A stretch of DNA of 50,311 nt, taken from assembly GCA_029762535.1 (NCBI GenBank), contig JARVGK010000017.1:1-50311 (forward strand), read 5' to 3'. The DNA is from Thermoplasmatota archaeon. Lineage in GTDB: Archaea; Thermoplasmatota; Penumbrarchaeia; Penumbrarchaeales; Penumbrarchaeaceae. Below the pieces are notes generated by a model. The model did not search any database. It saw only the letters and a program-made list of their open reading frames with translations, and was not told the origin of the DNA. Position 1 is the first letter of the stretch, and each line of letters starts with the position of its first letter. The translations under genes were made by a program, and so were the position numbers. Positions 28,316-36,884 of this stretch are shown here, piece by piece.

Positions 28316-30298
28316 TCAGGAACCTATATCGAACCTGCCGTGCTCCATCTGGGGCTGTGGCTTCTGTATCCTTCTTAGATTGATCCTGAACATCTCTGAG
28401 AAACCGGCCAGGTCAACTATGACCATGTTGAAGTTGCCGTACTGTATGTCGGCCTGCTCCACGTCCGAGAAAGGCTGAACGACGAGCCAGCCAGTGTACT
28501 TGAACTTGGCCCTCAGCGCCTGTACCATGGGGACGACGCTCTGGCCTTCGGTAAGCCCCCTCATGGCCCTGCCAAGTTCCTTGTGCAGCATCAGCTCCTT
28601 GATCTTCTGTTCCACGTCACCGCTCTCCTCGAGCAGGGAGAACACTCTGGGCACCTTGCCTTCGAGGCTGCCTCCGTAGATGAATCCTCTGCCGCCTATG
28701 CCTCCGGAATACGTCTTGTCGAACTTCATGGAGGATCCAAGGCTGGAGTTTCGCTTGAAGACCTCCGGGAGGTCCGAGAAGACCTTCTCCAGATTCAGGT
28801 AGTCCTTGAGGTCCTCGAATCCCATCGATAGTGTTGACAGATGCTGCTTGACCTCCTCGTTGGAGAACCCCCTTGCCCCGAATACCGCAGAGGACCCCCT
28901 GTCCTCGAGGACGATGTTCTTCCAGCCTCTGTAATAGAAAATGGAGGCCAATATGCCTTTTATCTGCCTTGATCCCTGACGCGGAAGGTACAGGCACAGT
29001 TTGGGTCCTTTCTCGGTTGAGATCATCTTCTTGGCGTTTCGAAGCTTCAGGAGCCTCTTCTCATCGACGTTGATCTTGGATTCGAGATTCTCTAGCTCCT
29101 TGCCGTAGAACTTGATCCTGCGCCAGTGCTGGTCGGAGAGGTCGCCCTTCGTCTTGAGGAGCTCCATCATCTTGTCCCGGTTGCCTCTCAGTTCTATGGG
29201 CATGGACTCGTTGAGCTTGTTCAGTAGCTCCCTGTCCCTCTCGAGGGACTTGATGATGCGGTCGAGGCTGTCCGTCAGACCGAAGAAGACCGAATTGTAG
29301 AAGGCCTCCGCTCTCTCCGACACCGTCATGACGAAATCGAAGAGGTTGTTGGCCCCATTCATCTCGGAGCAGATGATGTCCAGGTACTTCCCGATGGTCA
29401 GGTCCAGCTTGAAGAACTCCCTGTATATCCTCTGGCTTAGCATCTCATCGCCCAGGATCAATGAAGCGGAGATCGATATGAGGATCAGGTTCCGCTCCTC
29501 GACGGGGTCGGGGATCCATCTCTTGAGGGGTATGTCTATCGTGTAGCTGAGATGCCACAGATTATCGCACACCGAAGCTAGAAGAATCATCATCCTCTGG
29601 AAATCGTCATTGTGCCATGGGCCCACCGACATGTATTCGAAGAAGCTCATCCTCCCGTTCGAGTCGATGTAAGACAGGTATGCCGCGAGGATGGTGGTCG
29701 TCGAGGGATAATCGTAGTCCTTGTCGCTGGGCGATAGGAGGAATGTGCGTTTGTTCACCTCCTTCCTGTCCCTGAGCTGATGGTGATGGTCTATCCGGAA
29801 TATGTTTTCAGCCGTCGGGACATCCATATCGCAGAAGATATAGGCCATGTCCTCATCGAACTTCAGCTCCCTAACGTCTTCGTATTCAAGGGGGGAGGTA
29901 TGTATCTCATAATCAGCGCCGAACCAGGCTCTCGCGATCCCGTATACGAATATCGCTGCGTTGAGACCGTCCATGTCGTTGTGATAGTATATTCCCATGG
30001 CCCCTCTTTGTTTTACCTCGTTCTTCAGCTCCAGAATGAAGGACCTTGCCTCGTTCGGGGATATGTCCACCTCCCTTATGGGCATCTTCGAGGGAGCAGG
30101 CCTGCTCATGCTCTCGAGTATGTCCCTGCCGCTTGGCGGGGATGCGATCTCCGTGGGTGAGGCCTTGGATATGGAATCTATAACGGATTCCACCATTTTG
30201 TCCCCGCTCTCGAATATGTACGAGTCCAGGGATTGTACGATGCTGGCATTGTCCTTGCCCGGCTTTTTTTTGTCCTTCGATCTCTTCCCCCTCGGCAT
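28316..30298 (-). CDS. DHH-superfamily phosphoesterase-like protein with coiled-coil insertion
   Basis: YYHNDMDG (motif I), FCDMD (II), RIDHHH (III), PSTT, ASVCDN (IV), and a Gly-rich GGIGGRG..YGG resembling DHHA1. Confidence 0.7.
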   Translation of the reverse strand: MPRGKRSKDKKKPGKDNASIVQSLDSYIFESGDKMVESVIDSISKASPTEIASPPSGRDILESMSRPAPSKMPIREVDISPNEARSFILELKNEVKQRGAMGIYYHNDMDGLNAAIFVYGIARAWFGADYEIHTSPLEYEDVRELKFDEDMAYIFCDMDVPTAENIFRIDHHHQLRDRKEVNKRTFLLSPSDKDYDYPSTTTILAAYLSYIDSNGRMSFFEYMSVGPWHNDDFQRMMILLASVCDNLWHLSYTIDIPLKRWIPDPVEERNLILISISASLILGDEMLSQRIYREFFKLDLTIGKYLDIICSEMNGANNLFDFVMTVSERAEAFYNSVFFGLTDSLDRIIKSLERDRELLNKLNESMPIELRGNRDKMMELLKTKGDLSDQHWRRIKFYGKELENLESKINVDEKRLLKLRNAKKMISTEKGPKLCLYLPRQGSRQIKGILASIFYYRGWKNIVLEDRGSSAVFGARGFSNEEVKQHLSTLSMGFEDLKDYLNLEKVFSDLPEVFKRNSSLGSSMKFDKTYSGGIGGRGFIYGGSLEGKVPRVFSLLEESGDVEQKIKELMLHKELGRAMRGLTEGQSVVPMVQALRAKFKYTGWLVVQPFSDVEQADIQYGNFNMVIVDLAGFSEMFRINLRRIQKPQPQMEHGRFDIGS

Positions 30299-30417
30299 AG
30301 GGACTGACGCTCCATTCAGCTCTCTCAGGAGTGTGTCTGCTCAATATATTAATGATGCGGTCTCCTTTCACTTCAGGAGGGGCCGCAGCTAAGGAAAGGA
30401 CTGTCTCTACAGGTGGC

Positions 30418-33400
30418 CTATTCCTGCTCATCGAATTCGTTCCACTCTTCGGGCGGTTCGGCCTTCGGCCCCTCTGAATCAAGGAAGCTCTCATCGAACG
30501 CCCTGGTCTCTATTCCAGGGGCGGTCCCCCCCTCTTCCGGGATACCGGGCAAACCGCCTTCGGAAAGCATCCTCTCAAGTGTGGCCTGGTCCGGCTCGAC
30601 ACCGTACATCTCCTTGTAAACCCTCTTGTGTTCGGCGTAGGGGTCCTCGCGTTTTCGCTTTCGGACCTCCTTCCGATAAAGTGTCGTTGATACCGCGACG
30701 ATGGCGAGTATCAGGATGGCAATGATCGCAAAGAAAATCGGCAGGAGGAGGTTCTTAGGGATCGGTTCGAGGAACGGGAACAGATGCACAAGAAGGTCGT
30801 AGATAGTGTTCGCGACCTCCTGTATTATGGAATCGGAGGGTTGGTCGGTCAGGGTCACGTTGACCACGCCCGAGTACTGCAGAGAACCGTCCTCGGAAAA
30901 GACCTCAATGAATAGGGGATAATTGCCCTTCTGTGCCTCGGAGGGAGGGTAGACGATCAGCTGGACCCGCGTCGCCGTCTTTACCGTCATCACCTTCTGA
31001 GAGGGCAGCTCCTCGGTTATTTGGCTCCTCCCGCTCTTCGGGAAGTATGCCCAGCCCCTGTCGATGATCTCACCGGAGGCCCTCACCGTCGCGTTGTCCC
31101 CGAAGGTGGCCATGTTGGTCAGGTTTATCGAGAGGGGCGCCTTCCTGATGGCCGCCCTGCCCCTGTAGGCAAGGTATCCCGAGGGCGCTTCCGTGACGAG
31201 ATCGTAATCGTTGATCTTCAGGTAGGTGTCGGTAACTCTGGAATAGTTTCCGTTGTTCTGAGCCATGATCTGTACATGATATTGTCCGATGCCGAGTTCG
31301 AGTTCGGTAAGGTTGTATCTGGGATCCGGCCCGACATCCAGCCATTCAAGGACATCGCCACTCCAGGTCTGGGTCCCGATACGCACCATGTAGGTGATGT
31401 CCATCTCGCCATCGCTGGGGGACCTGTCCCAAACGATCTCCCTTCGCGTGTCGGGAAGGTAGATGTCGTTCAGCAAAGGGATGTCCTCGGGCGGGGGAAT
31501 GCCGCTGTCGAGAACCCGGAATATCCATTCCTTGACGTCGTATCCTCCGATATTGTCCGTTGCATTGACCTGTAGAACGTAATAGCCAGGCTCAAGCTTC
31601 ACGGAGTTCGGAACATCGAAGAACGTCCTTCCCCCGATCTTGATGGGAGCGGAGAACAGGTAAAGCTTGTAGGGGTAGGTCAGCAGAAGAACGCTGTAGA
31701 ACACCTGATCCCCTTCCTCGTCGAAGGCTGCGTCCCAGAAAAGATGAGGTGTCTGGGATACCACGGAGTTGGGATACATTTCAGCGTTCTCGAGCGAAGG
31801 GGGATAGTTGTCCGGGACCTGGACGTCGATCCTTATCTCCCCCGTTTCCTTTATATGGTCGAGGTTGTCCCTGGCCCTCCACTTGATGTAGTTGTAGAGG
31901 CCGTCGTCGAAGAATCGGAGCCTCACATATGCCCTGTATTCACCCATGCCCATGGAAACGATACCGTCCGGGACCATCCAATCGGACAACGGACCGGAGG
32001 TGGTCCGGTAGGCGTATTCTATGGAGGACAGGTCCACCCCGGATGAAGCGTAGTTCTGGCTTCCGGGCGGGTGGTCCATCCAGACGATGGAGCAGTTCAC
32101 ATCCTCGTAGAGGTGCACCACATCGGACCTGGGCCGAATATCGGTGAACCACGGTCCCTGGTAATCGATCCATATATTGACTGGTTGGGAATATGACGGC
32201 CCGTTGCCAACGTTGTCCTTGACCTCGACGACCACATAGTTCTGGTCCCCTCCCTCGAGGATCACGGTCGCCCAAGCCTCATATGTGTCGTTGTCTATCT
32301 TCTGTACGTTTCTCATCCTCACGCCCTTATCGATGTTGTCCAGTCCTTTCAACGCCTTGGCGACCATTATCGTCGCCGGGTCTATCCCTGCTCCGCCCGT
32401 GTCCCTGACGATGGCGCGGACCTCGACCCTGTCCTGGGTGATCCATTCGGTCTGAAGGGGGGCAGTGATCACCGCCGTAGGGGGTTCGGCATCGACGAGC
32501 GGCCCTCTGATCAGGTGCGATTCGATCAGGGTCGGATCGTTCTCCTCAACGACCTGGACCTTCCAGTATACCTGGCCGGAGGTGTTCACCTTGAAGGATG
32601 CCGAGTAGAAGGTCCCGTCCATCATGTCGAAGTCGGTCTCGTCCTCCTGATACATCTGATGCGGACCTGCGACGAGTTCCGTTCCCGCCTCATCGGAATA
32701 TACCAGGACCTTGGGATAGCCGGATGCGGGGATGTCGTTGTTGGCGTCTAGATACATGAACCTGAACGTGGTGAGGGCATCGGGCGATGTCATGTCCGGG
32801 TAGCTGGGAAAAGGCGAGAACGAGGACAACATCCTGATCTCCGGTAGAAGGTTCAGGGACCCGGGCAGTCCGCTGTGCCGGGAGAAGTAGAGGTCGATCT
32901 GGCTCCTGTAGAAGTCCCGGCTGTCGCTCCATGTGGCGATGGCCTTTCCATACATGTCCAGTGACAGAATGGGGTCCGCCTGTTTTGTGTTGTCCGGCTC
33001 GTACCTGTCGCTGTCGTCGATCCTTATCGGATCGGTCCAGGTCTGCCCCCCGTCCGTGCTGCCTATGAAGAACAGGTCCCCTTCGTCGATCTTGCCGGCA
33101 TCCGGGCGTTTGCGCTGGAATGCCAGGTGCAACATCCCGTCGCCCGAGGCGATGATACTAGGATTCTGATCGAAATGATTGTGGTCCGGGGCCCTGGTGA
33201 TCTTTCTGTTGGGTGATAGGGTGTCTCCTTCGTCCGTGCTCTTCGTGAGCCAGATCTCGTCCTTTCCGCTCCTTCTATCCCGCCAGACGATATACAGGTC
33301 GCCTTCATCATCGACAGCGGGCCAGGGGGATCCCCTGCTGTTTTCCAGTTCCTCATCGTCCGAGATCGCCCTCTCGGTGGAATAGGTGGCCCCCCCGTCC

Positions 33401-34173
33401 TTCGAAACGGCGAGATAGGGCCTGAAGGTGCCGTCCCCTCGGTTGTCCTCCCAGGTCACGTAAACGTTGTTGTCGAAAACGGCGATCCTCATGTTGCGGT
33501 GGTCGCGGTTGAAATACGGGTCGGTGTTGATCTTGACAGGGTGCGCCCATGTCAATCCGTTATCGGTGGAGTAGGACCCCCATATGTTGAAATAGGACCC
33601 ATCGTAGATCTTGTCCCTCCATACGCATATGAAACGCCCCTGATCGTTGATCGCGAGCCTGGGCTCAAGGGCGTCCCAGTTGGGGACATCCCTGAACGGG
33701 TCTATCCTGAGGCTTCTGGTGAAGTTCACACCGTCGTAGGTCCAGGCCATCCTTATCTCGGCCGGCATCTTGGTGTCGCGCTTGTCGTTCCATGCTACGT
33801 ATACCGTGTTGTTCGCGGCGATCGCGATCGAGGGCCTGCCCTGGTTCGATTGATCGTTGGAATCGTTGCCGTCCCTGAGAGTGTCATCCACGCGGATCTG
33901 ACGTGACCATGTCTCACCGTTGTCGTCGGAATATTTCATATAAACGTCAACGTAATATTTCCAGTTACTCGAGTAGGCTATGTATATGCGCCCGTTGGCG
34001 TCAGTTTTCATATCATATGGTATCTGGTCGAAATCGTCCTCGACGGGGTCTGTCACTACCCGGACGTTCGCCATGAAGAGGGGCCGATCCCCATCCGCCC
34101 CGTAAAAGAACAGCGGCATGAGTGTGAGAAGCATCATCGATATGACGGCGAACAGGCTCCGGGTATTTCTCAT
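30418..34173 (-). CDS. Cell-surface protein with BNR/Asp-box (sialidase-like) beta-propeller, Ig/FN3-like domains, TM and acidic tail
   Basis: Asp boxes SDDNGETW, STDNGLTW, SKDGGATY, STDEGDTL, STDGGQTW; signal peptide after ATG 34173 (SD GGAGG); C-terminal TM followed by basic residues. Confidence 0.88.
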   Translation of the reverse strand: MRNTRSLFAVISMMLLTLMPLFFYGADGDRPLFMANVRVVTDPVEDDFDQIPYDMKTDANGRIYIAYSSNWKYYVDVYMKYSDDNGETWSRQIRVDDTLRDGNDSNDQSNQGRPSIAIAANNTVYVAWNDKRDTKMPAEIRMAWTYDGVNFTRSLRIDPFRDVPNWDALEPRLAINDQGRFICVWRDKIYDGSYFNIWGSYSTDNGLTWAHPVKINTDPYFNRDHRNMRIAVFDNNVYVTWEDNRGDGTFRPYLAVSKDGGATYSTERAISDDEELENSRGSPWPAVDDEGDLYIVWRDRRSGKDEIWLTKSTDEGDTLSPNRKITRAPDHNHFDQNPSIIASGDGMLHLAFQRKRPDAGKIDEGDLFFIGSTDGGQTWTDPIRIDDSDRYEPDNTKQADPILSLDMYGKAIATWSDSRDFYRSQIDLYFSRHSGLPGSLNLLPEIRMLSSFSPFPSYPDMTSPDALTTFRFMYLDANNDIPASGYPKVLVYSDEAGTELVAGPHQMYQEDETDFDMMDGTFYSASFKVNTSGQVYWKVQVVEENDPTLIESHLIRGPLVDAEPPTAVITAPLQTEWITQDRVEVRAIVRDTGGAGIDPATIMVAKALKGLDNIDKGVRMRNVQKIDNDTYEAWATVILEGGDQNYVVVEVKDNVGNGPSYSQPVNIWIDYQGPWFTDIRPRSDVVHLYEDVNCSIVWMDHPPGSQNYASSGVDLSSIEYAYRTTSGPLSDWMVPDGIVSMGMGEYRAYVRLRFFDDGLYNYIKWRARDNLDHIKETGEIRIDVQVPDNYPPSLENAEMYPNSVVSQTPHLFWDAAFDEEGDQVFYSVLLLTYPYKLYLFSAPIKIGGRTFFDVPNSVKLEPGYYVLQVNATDNIGGYDVKEWIFRVLDSGIPPPEDIPLLNDIYLPDTRREIVWDRSPSDGEMDITYMVRIGTQTWSGDVLEWLDVGPDPRYNLTELELGIGQYHVQIMAQNNGNYSRVTDTYLKINDYDLVTEAPSGYLAYRGRAAIRKAPLSINLTNMATFGDNATVRASGEIIDRGWAYFPKSGRSQITEELPSQKVMTVKTATRVQLIVYPPSEAQKGNYPLFIEVFSEDGSLQYSGVVNVTLTDQPSDSIIQEVANTIYDLLVHLFPFLEPIPKNLLLPIFFAIIAILILAIVAVSTTLYRKEVRKRKREDPYAEHKRVYKEMYGVEPDQATLERMLSEGGLPGIPEEGGTAPGIETRAFDESFLDSEGPKAEPPEEWNEFDEQE

Positions 34174-34251
34174 TGAACGGCCTCCAGATCGCGCTCGGGG
34201 AGCGAACTTTGGATGATTGGCCAAGGCATTGAACATATATTAAACGAACGC

Positions 34252-34264
34252 AAAAGAAAAAAAA
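34252..34264 (-). terminator. Oligo-U archaeal terminator downstream of the DxDxDG-repeat gene
   Basis: Minus strand TTTTTTTTCTTTT about 50 nt after stop 34314; a TTTAATATAT TATA-like box for the next gene follows. Confidence 0.55.
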
Positions 34265-34313
34265 TGGGGGTCCGCCAGAAAGGTGGGTCCCTGCAGTACC
34301 TGTCGTGGTCTCC

Positions 34314-36695
34314 TCAATACGCTATGTACGGCCACCCCTCGTCAAGGCCGAACAGCACCCCGGAGAAGGACATGAAGTCCTGGTCCACGTGTATGTTCTG
34401 GTCAGTGGTGATCCTGAAATTGGCCGCAACGAACCCGGCCATGACCCCCTCGGGCACCATGAAGTAGAACCCTATCTTGTAGAAGGTCATGGTGGACCAG
34501 GTGAACCAGTATGTCCCGGACCGTATCGTGTCCGGATTGGGGTACTGGGACACATTTATGAAGGGCAGCTGTAATCCTGAATGGCCCTTGTGCACTGATG
34601 TGTCCAGGTAGGGGTCGTCTGGTCCGGGGAACACGGTCGAATCCAGTCCTACCTCGGGTATGGTATAGTCCGAAGGGTTGAACTCCTGGAAGTAGAGCTC
34701 GTCTGGTATATTGTCGGGATTGAGCTTGTCCAGTCCGAGCGCGAACACGGGGTACTGTGCCGCGTTTGGAGTGTACAGCCAGGGGCTAGCAGGGCTGTTG
34801 TCCGCGCCAAAGGGTATGCCATCCCCGTCAACGTCGTCGTCTATGTCGTAGCTGACGTTGTCCGAAGGACCGGGCCCCCACTCATCTGGCGGGACGTCGA
34901 TGGTGGCGTTGTGGAAATTTATGGACACGTTCATGTAATTATACCATCCCTTCAGGAAGAAATCCGAGTCGGGTCCGGGATGTCCATTCTCGATACCCAC
35001 TATGGCCTCCATGTAGAGGGACATGCCTTTGTTCATCGTGGAGTCTATGATCCTGTAGGGGAACCCGAAATAGTTGTGCGGGAAATTGACGTTCCCGGTG
35101 GCCACGGACCATACGAAGGACGGGGCCATGACGGCGCTGACCGGGTGCTGCTGCCCCGGGCCGAAGGCGGGATTGTACCATCTCAGACCTCCTGTGGGCT
35201 GGGGGAAACCTATCCTGTAAAGGGCTATACACGTGTCCAGCCTGTCGTCCGGTATCGTGGGCCTCGGATCCCAGCTGTCCTCCATCCTGTCGCCATCGGT
35301 ATCGTCCTGGAAGGGAGAGGTGTCGTACATGTTCCACCTGTACCTCTTGGGATCGTTGGGCGCCGGTCCACGGTCCATCCAGCCGAATATATCCTCGGCC
35401 GTGGTGTATTCCTTGTATGTGTTTATCGTCCACGACCCGTGCATGTACGCGTCCACGAACAAGTAAACGTCATTTATTCCCTGCTGTACCATGCCGTCAT
35501 AGAGGAGGTACCACCAGAGCCATGGGTTGATGTTGTAGAGCACAACGGAGTAGCTGTTTATTGGGAGCTCCCCGTATTCGTAGGCTTTGGTGAACCAGTA
35601 TTCGTACCAGGAGAACTGGCCGTCGGTCCATCTGGAGAAGCCCGAATTCGGGTTGGTGAGATCGTGCTCCTTGTTCCATCTGTCCGGCACCCAACTGCCG
35701 CCACCCGTCTCGTTCGTCACCTGGCGGTAGTTGTACTCGGACCTTGAGTTCTTGTTGATCGGACCGGGGGCATACGCCTGCATCTCCTTGTCGTCCGAGA
35801 TCTCGTCGGAGTCGGTGTCGTTCGTGTTGGGGTTCATGCCCAGAAGGGATGCGCCCCTGTACGCTATGAGATAGCCGTAGTAAGGATCGAATTCGGCGCC
35901 TCCAGCCTGCCTCGGGAGCATGAATATCCACCACCAGAGGCATATGTTCTGCTCCTCGATATTGAGGATCCCGTCGCCATCATTGTCCTCCCATGGATCG
36001 GGAAGCCCGTCGTTGTCCGAGTCCTTCAGCAGGGCGTCGGTGGACCCGAACTCCAATCCCAGCTCGACGCCGTCCAGGAGCATGTCGTTATCGGTGTCCC
36101 AGTCGTTTGGGTCCAGCCCTCTCTCCAGCTCCTCCTTGTCGTTGACGCCGTCGCCGTCGGTGTCGGCGCTGAGGGGGTCGGTCCCTATCTTGATCTCGTA
36201 CCAGTCGGGGAGGCCGTCGCCATCGGTATCCAGCGTCCTGTCTATTCCCTGCTCGAGCTCACGAGAATCGCCGGTCGGTGAGGAGGCCGCTTCGTCCGCC
36301 TCGCCGTGGGGTGAGAAGACGAGCTCTCCGTTCGAGGGGTTAATGGTCCGGTATTTGTAGTAATCGTCGAAAAGGGTGGGGGACTCTGCCGCGTAGGCCT
36401 CCATATCCACATCCAGGCGCCCGCTTATAAGATCGGCGTCGGTGGGGTCAAGAGGGTCCAATCCTTGGCTGATCTCCCATCCGTCGGGGAGGCCGTCGCC
36501 GTCTGTGTCCCAGTTATAGGGATCGGTCCCGGCTATGAATTCTTCCCTGTTGCTGAGCCCGTCCATGTCGGGATCGGATTCCAAAACATCCTTGTCCAGG
36601 GGGTTCCATGCGTAGGCGAAGCCTCCGAGGAGCATCATGGACAGAGCGGCGATTATCGATACCGCGGTTACCTTTCTGAGCGTCTCCAAACTCAT
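34314..36695 (-). CDS. Secreted protein with Ca-binding DxDxDG (thrombospondin type 3-like) repeats
   Basis: Signal peptide (..GGFAYA); repeats DPDMDGLSN.EE, DTDGDGLPDGWE, DTDGDGLPDWYE, DTDGDGVND.EE, DTDNDMLLDG.E, DSDNDGLPD, DTDGDRMED; SD AGGTGA before ATG 36695. Confidence 0.85.
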   Translation of the reverse strand: MSLETLRKVTAVSIIAALSMMLLGGFAYAWNPLDKDVLESDPDMDGLSNREEFIAGTDPYNWDTDGDGLPDGWEISQGLDPLDPTDADLISGRLDVDMEAYAAESPTLFDDYYKYRTINPSNGELVFSPHGEADEAASSPTGDSRELEQGIDRTLDTDGDGLPDWYEIKIGTDPLSADTDGDGVNDKEELERGLDPNDWDTDNDMLLDGVELGLEFGSTDALLKDSDNDGLPDPWEDNDGDGILNIEEQNICLWWWIFMLPRQAGGAEFDPYYGYLIAYRGASLLGMNPNTNDTDSDEISDDKEMQAYAPGPINKNSRSEYNYRQVTNETGGGSWVPDRWNKEHDLTNPNSGFSRWTDGQFSWYEYWFTKAYEYGELPINSYSVVLYNINPWLWWYLLYDGMVQQGINDVYLFVDAYMHGSWTINTYKEYTTAEDIFGWMDRGPAPNDPKRYRWNMYDTSPFQDDTDGDRMEDSWDPRPTIPDDRLDTCIALYRIGFPQPTGGLRWYNPAFGPGQQHPVSAVMAPSFVWSVATGNVNFPHNYFGFPYRIIDSTMNKGMSLYMEAIVGIENGHPGPDSDFFLKGWYNYMNVSINFHNATIDVPPDEWGPGPSDNVSYDIDDDVDGDGIPFGADNSPASPWLYTPNAAQYPVFALGLDKLNPDNIPDELYFQEFNPSDYTIPEVGLDSTVFPGPDDPYLDTSVHKGHSGLQLPFINVSQYPNPDTIRSGTYWFTWSTMTFYKIGFYFMVPEGVMAGFVAANFRITTDQNIHVDQDFMSFSGVLFGLDEGWPYIAY

Positions 36696-36884
36696 ACACA
36701 TCACCTTCTTGTCTGTTGCACTGTTATCCCCAAGGGGCCTTTATTAAGGTTTCGTCCACATGTTACACTTGCACCTGGTCGAAGCATGGCCTGTTCCGGG
36801 GGAGGTGAACGCCGGGTGAACTGAAGCTAGATATAAAAAGGCTTTTACCCGGGGGAGCCTTCTGGCATCGAAAGCGACATCCCC

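Noticed and set aside
30356-30387. Imperfect hairpin between the Asp-box gene and the DHH gene
   Set aside because: Bulged, no U-tract; cannot be distinguished from chance in GC-rich DNA.
36701-36787. Short minus-strand ORF ending in AGG-TGA upstream of the DxDxDG gene
   Set aside because: The TGA is simply part of the AGGTGA SD and a normal ATG follows; it shows such leader ORFs can arise by chance.
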